This document shows, in pieces, positions 28,521-37,378 of a DNA stretch of 64,000 nt. The stretch's first letter is position 1, and each line of letters opens with the position of its first letter. The notes under the pieces were generated by a model, which was given only the letters and a program-made list of their open reading frames with translations, was not told where the DNA came from and ran no database searches. This stretch comes from a virus: the IMG/VR virus record IMGVR_UViG_2895374923_000002, positions 15,523 to 79,522 of that record. One strand, given 5' to 3'. The position numbers and the translations under genes were made by a program.

Positions 28521-30104
28521 ATGGCGAAGTTCAACAGCACGACCACGAAGACCGCGGTGTCGAGCCCGGTGAAGACCGAGGCGACGCCCTCCGGCCGCAC
28601 GCATGAGGGTGCGCCCGGCTACGCCCGGGACGCCAAGGGAGAGCTTTTCCTGCTCGCGGTGACGAACATGGTCGGCGAGGACACCTTCTATGAGAAGAAG
28701 GGCGACCGAGACAACCGCTTCCGGGCGCTCGTCCACCAGGTGGCCGTCGAGGACGGCGACTGGCTGGCCCGCTTCCTGCCGTGGCTCCGCCTGGACGCGA
28801 ACATGCGCTCGGCCCCGATCGTCGCCGCCCTGGAGGCGGTCAAGGCGCGACTGGCAGCGGGCGAGAACGGCCTGAACCGGCAGCTCGTCAACACTGTCCT
28901 ACAGCGCGCCGACGAGCCCGGCGAGGCGCTCGCCTACTGGACCTCCACCTACGGCCGCGCGATCCCCAAGCCCGTCAAGCGCGGTGTCGCCGACGCGGTG
29001 CAGCGCCTGTACAACGAGCGTTCGCTGGTGAAGTACGACACCAGCTCGCACGGGTGGCGGTTCGGCGACGTTATCGACGTCATCCACCCAAGCCCGGACC
29101 CGGGCAAGCCGTGGCAAGGAGCGCTGTTCGAGCACGCCCTCGACCGGCGCCACAACCGTGACAAGCCGATCCCCGAGGTGTTGCGCACGCTGATCGAGCG
29201 GGCACAGCTCATGGCATTGCCGGTCGAGTCCCGCGCCGCGGTCCTGGCTGCGGAGCCCGAGCGGCTCGCCGCCGCCGGGATGACGTGGGAGGCGCTGGCA
29301 GGGTGGCTGCAGGGCCCGATGGGCAAGGGCGCGTGGGAGTCGATTATCCCGTCGATGGGGTACATGGCGCTGATCCGCAACCTCAGGAACTTCGACGAGG
29401 CCGGTGTCTCCGACGAGGTCGCCGCGCAGATCGTCGCCAAGCTCACCGACCCAGCTGAGGTGGCGAAGTCGAGGCAGCTGCCGTTCCGCTTCTACTCGGC
29501 CTACCGCAACGCGCCGTCCCTGCGGTGGGGTTACGCCTTGGACAAGGCGCTTACGTCGGCCACAGCGAACGTGCCGTCGTTCAAGGGCCGCACGCTGATC
29601 CTGGTGGACACCTCCGCGTCGATGTCGAGCGGCGGCATCTCCGCCCGTTCCACCGTCACGCCTGTCCAGGCGGCGGCGCTGTTCGGCGTGGCCCTGGCAA
29701 CGCGGGGCGACCAGGTGGATCTGTACGGCTTCGCCGACGACGTGTTCAAGCATCCCATCCCGGCCGGCGGGTCCGTCCTTAAGGAGATGGAGCGCTTCTG
29801 CAGGCGGATCGGCGAGGTCGGCCACGGCACGCAGATCGCTGACTCGGTGCGCCGCACCTACTCGGGCCACGACAGGGTGATCATTCTGTCCGACATGCAG
29901 ACCATGTCCGGCTACTACGCGGGCGACGTCACCAGCGCTGCTCCCAAGCACATCCCCATGTACGGCTTCAATCTGCAGGGCTACCAGCACGCGGCGATGC
30001 CAGCGGGCGGCGGAAACCGGCACGAGCTTGGAGGGTTCTCCGACTCCACGTTCAAGCTGATCCCGCTCCTGGAGGCAGGACGAAACGCCGACTGGCCGTT
30101 CTGA
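28521..30104 (+). CDS. rsr: Ro60/Rsr TROVE-VWA ribonucleoprotein
   Basis: THEGAPGY, NMRSAP, GYMALIRNLRN, LPFRF (TROVE); LVDTSASM MIDAS and IILSDMQT (VWA). Confidence 0.95.
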   Translation: MAKFNSTTTKTAVSSPVKTEATPSGRTHEGAPGYARDAKGELFLLAVTNMVGEDTFYEKKGDRDNRFRALVHQVAVEDGDWLARFLPWLRLDANMRSAPIVAALEAVKARLAAGENGLNRQLVNTVLQRADEPGEALAYWTSTYGRAIPKPVKRGVADAVQRLYNERSLVKYDTSSHGWRFGDVIDVIHPSPDPGKPWQGALFEHALDRRHNRDKPIPEVLRTLIERAQLMALPVESRAAVLAAEPERLAAAGMTWEALAGWLQGPMGKGAWESIIPSMGYMALIRNLRNFDEAGVSDEVAAQIVAKLTDPAEVAKSRQLPFRFYSAYRNAPSLRWGYALDKALTSATANVPSFKGRTLILVDTSASMSSGGISARSTVTPVQAAALFGVALATRGDQVDLYGFADDVFKHPIPAGGSVLKEMERFCRRIGEVGHGTQIADSVRRTYSGHDRVIILSDMQTMSGYYAGDVTSAAPKHIPMYGFNLQGYQHAAMPAGGGNRHELGGFSDSTFKLIPLLEAGRNADWPF

Positions 30105-30214
30105 GGGTCGCGCCGATTCTGTCGGTGTGACCTGCCAGCATTTGCCTCACAACCAAAGTGCCCCGGCGGGTGGTCGCACACCCGGCCGGGGCCGCCGACT
30201 GTCAGGAGTCAGCG

Positions 30215-30901
30215 ATGAGGAACGTTACCGTGGCCTGCTCGTGCGGTCGGACCATGGGTCTGGACGCGATCAGCGGTGCCGGCGCGTATCGATGCGGCTG
30301 TGGCGTCCGGGTCACGATCAGCGAGAAGGCCCGTAAGCCAGCCTGCTTAGGCGGTACCGCCGATCGTGCGTGCGAATTCGCGGCTAGTAAAGACTCGGAC
30401 GGCGTCGGGATCCCGCTGTGCGCGGATCATCTGGCGAGTTTCAACGCGTTCCGCGAGACCGTGGAGGACGGGGAGCGCTGGGGCGAGCTCATGAAAGACG
30501 CCTGGGAGGATAGCCGCCGAGCCCTTAAGGAAGGGCTGGCATCGAGACAGGCATGGGAGGGCGACTACCTGGCCGCCCGCCGTAAGTTGTACGAGACGCA
30601 GTCGGTCGTCTACTACGTCCGCATTGGCGACGCGATCAAGATTGGCGTCACGACCAACATGAAGGCGCGAATGCCGCAGGTGATGCCGGACGAGGTTCTC
30701 GCCACTGAGCCTGGCGATATCAACCTGGAACGACAGCGGCAGGCGCAGTTCGCTCATCTGAAGCTCCGCGGGGAGAGGTTCCTGCCAGGCGATGACCTAA
30801 TCAGGCACATCGCCGAGATCAAGCGGCAGCACGGTGAGCCCAAGATGACGGGGTATCTGCTCACGGACTCGCACAAACACAGGCTTGGTGGCGCGCTCTA
30901 A
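30215..30901 (+). CDS. T5orf172/GIY-YIG-like nuclease with N-terminal zinc ribbon
   Basis: VVYYVRIGDAIKIGVTTNMKARM...LATEPGDINLER.R.AQFAHL.LRGERF; CSCG/YRCGCG. Confidence 0.8.
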   Translation: MRNVTVACSCGRTMGLDAISGAGAYRCGCGVRVTISEKARKPACLGGTADRACEFAASKDSDGVGIPLCADHLASFNAFRETVEDGERWGELMKDAWEDSRRALKEGLASRQAWEGDYLAARRKLYETQSVVYYVRIGDAIKIGVTTNMKARMPQVMPDEVLATEPGDINLERQRQAQFAHLKLRGERFLPGDDLIRHIAEIKRQHGEPKMTGYLLTDSHKHRLGGAL

Positions 30902-30921
30902 GCTGACGCAATGCGACTGAC

Positions 30922-30954
30922 TTGAAAAATTCGGACCCAGGTGTCACGCTGATC
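30922..30954 (+). promoter_or_regulatory. Putative promoter upstream of the HTH gene
   Basis: TTGAAA-17 bp-CACGCT; GTCACGCTGATC identical to 28063. Confidence 0.5.
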
Positions 30955-30969
30955 TCCAGCACACGCATG

Positions 30970-31012
30970 CCCTTGACCAGGTGAGATCCAGGTCAGGGGC
31001 TTTTGTCGTTTT
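30970..31012 (+). terminator. Intrinsic terminator-like hairpin in the leader
   Basis: GCCCTTGACC...GGTCAGGGGC then TTTTGTCGTTTT. Confidence 0.55.
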
Positions 31013-31024
31013 GGGGGTGAAGTC

Positions 31025-31252
31025 ATGCCCCGCTCCGAGTTCGACCCTGACGAGGTTTACCTGACCACGGCCAGCGCGGCTGAACTCGCTGGTGTGAAGC
31101 CAGCGACGATCCGTAAGTGGGTCGAGCGCGAACATCTCGTTCCAGTCGGAAGAGACGGGCGTGGTCACATGCTGTTCACGCAGGTCGCGGTGGCCAACGC
31201 GGAGGCCAAGACGCGTGAGCTCGCGCGCCGGCCAGAGAACATTGCGGCCTAG
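31025..31252 (+). CDS. Excisionase/MerR-like HTH protein
   Basis: YLTTASAAELAGVKPATIRKWVEREHL. Confidence 0.8.
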   Translation: MPRSEFDPDEVYLTTASAAELAGVKPATIRKWVEREHLVPVGRDGRGHMLFTQVAVANAEAKTRELARRPENIAA

Positions 31253-31595
31253 ACACCCCTAGAAACCTGTACGCGCGCCCTCCTTCCCCGAAGGGCGTGT
31301 CCGCTCCGGGCCCGGCCCCCGTGGCCTGTCGAGCACCGGTCCCGGCCCTGGCGTGCCTTGAGGAGGGCATGCCGGGGCTGGCACCACCCCAGAACGGGAG
31401 CGTGCTTCGGGCGGCTCCCAGGCGCTCACGAGCGGTGTCCCCATGCCGCCACCCACCCCGAGCGCCCTTCGTGTGCGGCCCGCTGCGGTTGGGGGACTGC
31501 GGCGGGCCGCCCATGATCCCCTGACCTTCCCCCAGGAACTCGCGTGACCAAGCACAAGATCGGCATCGTCCCGAACGGCGGTGAGCGGGCCGGCG

Positions 31596-31955
31596 TCAAG
31601 CGCCTTCGCCTGCCCGGTCCACCCGATGCGGCTCGATCCTTTTCAGGTAGTCGTCGTCCACCGCCTTGATGTGCCAATGCCCGATCGGCGGTGCTTGGTG
31701 GAGCAGCACCCGCTTGTGGCTGTCCAGCGTGAGTGTCTGTGACCCGTCCAGGTCCACCAGGTACGCCCTGTAGGTGCCCTGCGGGATGGGCTTACCCCAC
31801 GGGTCCTCGCCTCGTGCCCGCCCGTCCGGAGCCTCGTAGACGGCGTGAATCACTGCGACGACCCAGTGATCTAGCGGGTCACCTACTGGGGCCACCCATC
31901 CGCCCGGCCCGCCGTCGACGGGCCATTCGCGCAGGACGACGTGCTGTTCTTCCAC
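31596..31955 (-). CDS. Hypothetical protein
   Basis: 119 aa reverse-strand ORF. Confidence 0.45.
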   Translation of the reverse strand: MEEQHVVLREWPVDGGPGGWVAPVGDPLDHWVVAVIHAVYEAPDGRARGEDPWGKPIPQGTYRAYLVDLDGSQTLTLDSHKRVLLHQAPPIGHWHIKAVDDDYLKRIEPHRVDRAGEGA

Positions 31956-32037
31956 TCACCCATCTTCGAACAGGCGTGCTATAGATCGCCACTTCTGACG
32001 CACGCGTACCTCACCTCACCAGCGCTGGAGGTCCACC

Positions 32038-32691
32038 GTGCCGTTCAACGATCTTGGCAAGAACAAGGCCCTGGACGGCCTGGACGAATCCGTATCGGGA
32101 GCCATCACCCACATCGGCGTCGGCGACCTCACACACCCCGGTACGGGCACCAACTATGCGGGCACCGAAGCAAGCGGCGGGACGCCCTCCTACGCCCGCC
32201 AGGCGGTCACCTGGGCGGCCGCGGCCAGCGGCCAGAAATCCAACTCCGGCGCGCTCGCGATCGACGTCCCCGCAGGCAGCTACGCCTACCTTCTGTACTT
32301 CAACGCCTCCAGCGGCAACACGAACAACTACCTCGGGTACGCACCCATCAACGGCAGCGCGAAGGGCTTCTTCTCCGTCGACACCACGCTGACGAACGAC
32401 GCCCTCTTCTCCGTCGCCCACGGTCTAGCCGACGGCGACCGCGTCCAGCTGTTCAACGTGTTCTCCGAGACCCTGCCGACCGGCCTCACGGAGGGCACGC
32501 TCTACTACGTCGTCAATTCGGCCACGAACTCGTTCAAGGTCTCCACCACGCAAGGTGGGTCCGCGGTGGATATCACCGCTATGGGTGGCGGAGAGGGCGC
32601 GTGGCAGAAGGTCGTCCCGGAAACCTTCGCATCCCAAGGCCAGGTCACGGTGGCGATCGGCCAGCTCGTGCTCGACGCCACCGGCATCTAG
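32038..32691 (+). CDS. Virion structural protein (tail-fibre/appendage associated)
   Basis: EASGGTPSYARQAVTW motif; Thr/Ser/Gly-rich beta protein. Confidence 0.6.
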   Translation: MPFNDLGKNKALDGLDESVSGAITHIGVGDLTHPGTGTNYAGTEASGGTPSYARQAVTWAAAASGQKSNSGALAIDVPAGSYAYLLYFNASSGNTNNYLGYAPINGSAKGFFSVDTTLTNDALFSVAHGLADGDRVQLFNVFSETLPTGLTEGTLYYVVNSATNSFKVSTTQGGSAVDITAMGGGEGAWQKVVPETFASQGQVTVAIGQLVLDATGI

Positions 32692-32700
32692 GGATCGCCG

Positions 32701-33408
32701 ATGCCCGCCCCGGCCGTGGCCGAGGTGCTCCAGACCACCAACGGCCGCACCACCACTGAAGTGCTCAACACCGCCGCAGGTACCGCAGTCGGCGACACCC
32801 TCGTCATCGTCTACGCCTCGGATTTCTTCGCGCTGGCCACGATGCCTGAGGCGACCAGCTCGGCAGGAACCCTGAGCGCGGTACGGACGATCGACATCGG
32901 CACCAACCTGGGCCACATCAAGACGTACACGTGCGCGGTCACATCCGGCGGCTCGCACACGGTCACGATCCCGGCGCATTCCGGCTGCGACATCTTCGGC
33001 GTCGTATTGCGCCTGTCCACCGCGGCCACCGTTGACGCCCATGACGGTCAGATCGATCCGACCGAGTCCACCACCTCGCACGTCGCTCCCAGCGTCACCA
33101 CGACCGGCGCAGACCGGCTGCTCGTGGCGTGCTGGCTCGGAACGAACGTCAACACCGGCTGGAGCAGCCCGCCCTACACGGCGCCCGGGTCGATGACCGA
33201 TAGGGCGCAGCCCAACTCCAGCCCCTTCTCAGGACTCCTGGTCGCCACCCAGGAGATCGCCGCCGCCGGCGCCACAGGCACCCGGACCGCGACCTTCTTC
33301 AGGGACGAGGCGTGGGGATCGATCTCCATCGCCCTCGCCGGACCCGCGACGGCCACCGCGCTTCCGCCCAGCCGCCGGCAGCCTCTCGGCGCCCTCATCC
33401 AGCTCTAG
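32701..33408 (+). CDS. Putative minor virion protein (beta-sandwich)
   Basis: Thr/Ala-rich; resembles 53555-54271 and the N-terminus of 55381. Confidence 0.55.
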   Translation: MPAPAVAEVLQTTNGRTTTEVLNTAAGTAVGDTLVIVYASDFFALATMPEATSSAGTLSAVRTIDIGTNLGHIKTYTCAVTSGGSHTVTIPAHSGCDIFGVVLRLSTAATVDAHDGQIDPTESTTSHVAPSVTTTGADRLLVACWLGTNVNTGWSSPPYTAPGSMTDRAQPNSSPFSGLLVATQEIAAAGATGTRTATFFRDEAWGSISIALAGPATATALPPSRRQPLGALIQL

Positions 33409-33417
33409 GAGGCTCAC

Positions 33418-33897
33418 ATGGCCCAAAGAGGCGTCTACACCGTGGTCTTCGACCAGCAAACCGTGGCAGCCTCCAGCGGCGACTACGACCTGTTCGAACT
33501 CACCCCGGCAGACGACAAGGCGATCGAGATCGTCGCCCTCAAGCTCTCCAACAAGAGCGAGGTCGGCGACACGCAGGAGGAGATGGTCGCCTACTCGATC
33601 GTGCGAGGCAACACCACCTCAGGCAATGGCACCTCCACCACCCCGCGCCCCCTCGACCCGAACGACGGCGCAGCCTCCTTCACCGCCGAGACTGTGGGCT
33701 CAACCCCTGCATCCTCGGGCACAGCCATCACGCTGGTCGCCGACACCTTCAATGTCCGGGCGGGCTTGAACGAGATCTACCCCGAGCTGATGCGGCCGAA
33801 GGCGAGCCAGGCGGACACCACGCTGTGCGTGCGCCTGCTGACCGCGCTGGCAGACGACGCCACCTTCTCCGGCACTGTCTGGGTTCGCGAGCTGTAG
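33418..33897 (+). CDS. Putative minor virion protein
   Basis: Resembles 53057-53554 (P.DPN..A, C-terminal VR.....V.W.E). Confidence 0.55.
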   Translation: MAQRGVYTVVFDQQTVAASSGDYDLFELTPADDKAIEIVALKLSNKSEVGDTQEEMVAYSIVRGNTTSGNGTSTTPRPLDPNDGAASFTAETVGSTPASSGTAITLVADTFNVRAGLNEIYPELMRPKASQADTTLCVRLLTALADDATFSGTVWVREL

Positions 33898-34545
33898 ATG
33901 ACGCTCTTCGAGGCGGCACCCGTCCCGATCCGGCCACGACGATTCCTGCCTTCGGCCCCAGCGGTCGTTCAGGTCCCGGCCGCGGGCACCAGCACGGTGG
34001 CTCTCGCGTCCACCTCGACCGCGGTCAAAGTCGCCGTCGTGTCGGCAACCTCAGCGATCGGCCTGTCCACATCTGCCGGCGCCGTCAAGTCCACGCCGGT
34101 CAGCGGAACGACACCGGCCGCACTGGCCTCCGGCGCCGTATCGGTCCGCAAGTCGCCGGTGACAGGGCACAGCTTCCTGGCAGCGTCCACGCACACCCAG
34201 GCGGTCAAGGCCGCCGCCGCGGCAGGCCACAGCGCAATCCTGACCGCTTCCCAGGCGACCGCCCTCAAGCGGACTCTCGCCGCCGCCACAGCCGCGATGG
34301 CCATCGCATCGACCGGCACCGCACGCAAGACCACTCCCGCCTCCGCGGCCGGCGTGCTCCTGCTCACCGGATCCCGCTTCGTGACCGAGGTACGGGCGGT
34401 GTCCGGCCACTCGTACCTGGCGCTCGCGACCCACGCCACTCTCGCCAGCGCCGGACGCCCTTCGCGCCTCGGCGGCAGCCTCGTCTCCGCCGGCCATCTC
34501 GGCGGCTCCATCGCAGCCATGGATCTCGGCGGAGAGCCCGCATAG
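33898..34545 (+). CDS. Ala/Ser/Thr-rich repetitive putative fibre protein
   Basis: Low-complexity periodic sequence. Confidence 0.5.
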   Translation: MTLFEAAPVPIRPRRFLPSAPAVVQVPAAGTSTVALASTSTAVKVAVVSATSAIGLSTSAGAVKSTPVSGTTPAALASGAVSVRKSPVTGHSFLAASTHTQAVKAAAAAGHSAILTASQATALKRTLAAATAAMAIASTGTARKTTPASAAGVLLLTGSRFVTEVRAVSGHSYLALATHATLASAGRPSRLGGSLVSAGHLGGSIAAMDLGGEPA

Positions 34546-34557
34546 GGAGGGCCGCTG

Positions 34558-34902
34558 GTGACCGACTACGTCAACGTCGACCTGACCGAGGACGACGACG
34601 AAGGGCCCATCTTCCGCATCACCGGCGACGGCGCCGCGCTGAATCTGACCGGCGCCACCGTAGTCGCCATCATCAAGGCCAGCCAGCACGTGGAGGACGA
34701 CGCATCCTCAGGCGTGTACACGCTGACCTCGGGCAGCGGCCTCACGGTCACCAGCCCGACACAGGGCCTGGTCCAGCTCACCATCCCAGACGCGGTAACC
34801 GAGTCACCGAGCATCTGGTTCTACAAGATCCGCGTAACCTCCGGATCCCCAGCGACCACGAAGACAGCCATCGCCGGCTGGCTCTCCGTCGCCAATGTCT
34901 AG
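34558..34902 (+). CDS. BppU-like N-terminal domain structural protein
   Basis: LNLTGATV...G.V.LTIP..VT.....YKIRV...T...G.L.V. Confidence 0.55.
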   Translation: MTDYVNVDLTEDDDEGPIFRITGDGAALNLTGATVVAIIKASQHVEDDASSGVYTLTSGSGLTVTSPTQGLVQLTIPDAVTESPSIWFYKIRVTSGSPATTKTAIAGWLSVANV

Positions 34903-35248
34903 GACCACCGTCTGCAGCACCCCAGCCTGCCCCAACCTCGCTGAAGGCGGCCGGTGCGCGGACTGCCGCAGCCAGGCAGAGAAACGACGCGGAAGCAGGC
35001 ACGAGCGCGGCTACGGGCACGAGCACGAGACCCGGTTCCGCCCAGGAGTTCTCGCACGAGACCCGACATGCAGGATGCCGGACTGTATCGAGCCCAGCAC
35101 GGACGCCGACCACTACCCGCTGGACCGCAAGGAACTCGTACAGCGTGGCCTCGACCCGGACGATCCCCGCTACGGCCGAGGCTTGTGCTCCCAGCACCAT
35201 AAGCAGGAGACGGGCAGGAGACAGCCGGGTGGCTGGGCTGCTCGATGA
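34895..35248 (+). CDS. Packaging-associated HNH endonuclease
   Basis: RGYG..H...VLARDPTC...C..PST.ADH...RGLC..HH..ET. Confidence 0.85.
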   Translation: MSRTTVCSTPACPNLAEGGRCADCRSQAEKRRGSRHERGYGHEHETRFRPGVLARDPTCRMPDCIEPSTDADHYPLDRKELVQRGLDPDDPRYGRGLCSQHHKQETGRRQPGGWAAR

Positions 35249-35259
35249 TCAACGGCCAC

Positions 35260-35583
35260 CTAGTCGGCCGAGTCGGGCGCTCCTTCAAAGGTGCACGGGC
35301 ACGGCGCAGATGCCATCAACCTCGCCTCCCTGTTGTAGTGGGCGACCTGCCGCGACCCGAGGCACATCCGGCACGGGAACGCTGCCGCGATGTACGGGTC
35401 CAGCCACACCTTGTGGTCCGACGCGGTCGGCGGCGGAGGCGGAGGCTTCTGGCACGCCTCGGCGGGCTCGTTGTCGCCACCGACCCAGCCGAGCCCGCCA
35501 CAGAAGAGACAGCGGAGGAACAGCGGGCCCAACCGTTCGCCCTTACGGCCCTCGCATTCCGGGCATGTGATCGGGTCGGTCAT
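35260..35583 (-). CDS. Small zinc-finger protein
   Basis: CPEC, CLFCGG, CRMC, CPC. Confidence 0.6.
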   Translation of the reverse strand: MTDPITCPECEGRKGERLGPLFLRCLFCGGLGWVGGDNEPAEACQKPPPPPPTASDHKVWLDPYIAAAFPCRMCLGSRQVAHYNREARLMASAPCPCTFEGAPDSAD

Positions 35584-35723
35584 GCTCGCCCTGTCCCGCC
35601 GCAGTTGGAGCACGGCACCCAGACGCGTTGCTTGTTCTCCTCGCCGTTCAGCTCCATCCACTCGCCCTGGGCTCCGAGGCAAACTCTGCAGACGGGCGGT
35701 GCCTCGTCGTCGTCCCTCGCCAT
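35580..35723 (-). CDS. Small zinc-finger protein
   Basis: CRVCLG...CSNCGGTG. Confidence 0.55.
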   Translation of the reverse strand: MARDDDEAPPVCRVCLGAQGEWMELNGEENKQRVWVPCSNCGGTGRA

Positions 35724-35880
35724 GGCCTGCACCGTAGCCGGAGGCGCACGCACTGTATGTGGCCGAGACAGATCTAGAGCCGTACCGCGGCCCGTTCGGT
35801 CACTCTCGGTACAACTCGCCACGCACGGGAGACCCGATCTCGGTCACGCTGAACAACAACCAGGACGTGGGTGATCGCCG

Positions 35881-36024
35881 ATGGACATCCTTCTCATCCT
35901 CGCTCTCGTAGCCTTCCTCGCCGCCGCAGTCGTAGCTGGCACCCAGAAGTCCTGGGTCCTCGTGCTCGTCTGCGTCGGCCTGTTCCTGCTGACGCTCGCC
36001 CAGACCGGGCTGATCGACAGCTAA
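35881..36024 (+). CDS. Small two-helix membrane protein (47 aa)
   Basis: MDILLILALVAFLAAAVVAGTQKSWVLVLVCVGLFLLTLAQ; not in the ORF track. Confidence 0.5.
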   Translation: MDILLILALVAFLAAAVVAGTQKSWVLVLVCVGLFLLTLAQTGLIDS

Positions 36025-36045
36025 CCCACGGCACAACACCAGCGC

Positions 36046-36693
36046 TCACGCTTGTTGGGCGGGAGCCTGACGAGTCGGCCTCTTCAGCCGCCGCTCCTCG
36101 GCCATCGCCTTGGCAAATCTGGCTTGGTCTTCTTCCCACGCGCCGATGGCCGACAGGGCAGAGGCGAATGCTTTGTTGCGTGGAGGAACCGGCATGCCGA
36201 TGCTGAGGCTCCGCAGGCACTCGCGGGCGTACAGGCACGCAGCCTGCCTTGTGCGCGACTCCGAATCCAAGATCACATCCCAGTGGAAGTCCGCCAGACT
36301 CAGCAGCCGGCGCGCCTGATCCAACTCACCCCACACGGCGGCATCGCCGATGTCGTCGATGGCGAGTTGAAGGTCGAGCAGCACGCCGTCCCTCTCCTCG
36401 CTCCACGCGAAATCAAGATCCTCAAATCCGGTCAGTTCGTCGTGGTAATCCTCGAAGGAGATCTGATTCCCCAGGAGCTGTACCGTCAGCCGGTCACTCG
36501 GCTTATCGGGAAGCCGGATCAGACGAGCCAGCGCCTCACGAGCCTGAACCACAGCCTGACGTTCACGATCATCGGCGCGCCTTCCCCGCTCGATAGCAGC
36601 CTGACGGCGCAACGTCAGCCACGTGGTGAAGATCGACACAGCGCCGCCGATGACAGTCCCGATGCTCGCCGACACAATCGTCGCCCAGTCCAT
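36046..36693 (-). CDS. Hypothetical protein with N-terminal TM anchor (moron-like)
   Basis: MDWATIVSASIGTVIGGAVSIFTTWL followed by a coiled region. Confidence 0.6.
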   Translation of the reverse strand: MDWATIVSASIGTVIGGAVSIFTTWLTLRRQAAIERGRRADDRERQAVVQAREALARLIRLPDKPSDRLTVQLLGNQISFEDYHDELTGFEDLDFAWSEERDGVLLDLQLAIDDIGDAAVWGELDQARRLLSLADFHWDVILDSESRTRQAACLYARECLRSLSIGMPVPPRNKAFASALSAIGAWEEDQARFAKAMAEERRLKRPTRQAPAQQA

Positions 36694-36797
36694 GAACCGA
36701 ATGTCCACGATCGGCAGGGCCACGTCTCCCGAACGGAAATCTCGCTCTATCCCGTCACACAGCTCAGACCACATCGCGACATGCTGTGAACCGTCAA

Positions 36798-37145
36798 CTA
36801 CCGATGCCTGAGCTTGGTGAGCTTCAAGTCCTCTCCCTCACCCGCAGCGAGCACCACCACGTACGGTGTCGCATCGACGCCGCCACCCACGAACACGCCA
36901 CGGAACGCACGGCCGGCGTCCATGTCCCGCGCCACCTTCGACGCCGCACCCTTCGCCAGATAGCCGACAGCCACCGGGATCTCGCCCTCGCTCGGCACCA
37001 CAGCGAACACCAGCACAGCGTTGGAGTCGTAAGGGTTGTCCGGCTCACGCACGAGATCAACCTCAGTACCGGCCCTCACATACCTCGTGAGATCACCCAT
37101 GTACCGAGACCCGCGGACCTTCACCGCAGAGTATTCGACATGCAT
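36798..37145 (-). CDS. Stand-alone HIRAN domain protein
   Basis: VKVRGSRY...VDLVREPDNPYDSNAVLV...VGYLAK. Confidence 0.85.
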   Translation of the reverse strand: MHVEYSAVKVRGSRYMGDLTRYVRAGTEVDLVREPDNPYDSNAVLVFAVVPSEGEIPVAVGYLAKGAASKVARDMDAGRAFRGVFVGGGVDATPYVVVLAAGEGEDLKLTKLRHR

Positions 37146-37378
37146 GTGGACAGCACACCGCGAAGTGATCCACATCTCCCCGTAAACGAGGTAACTGTCC
37201 GCAGCTGGCCACCCTCCACAAGGGGTGGGGGATGATCACTGCAAACATGCTGAAACAGAGGACCGCGGGGGAGGTGCCTCCTGGGTCCGCCAGGACAGAA
37301 GGTCCTTGATCGACTTCCCGATGGTGACGCAATGTGACCATCACCGATGCCGCGCAATGCGGCGGAGGAGTGATTGCC

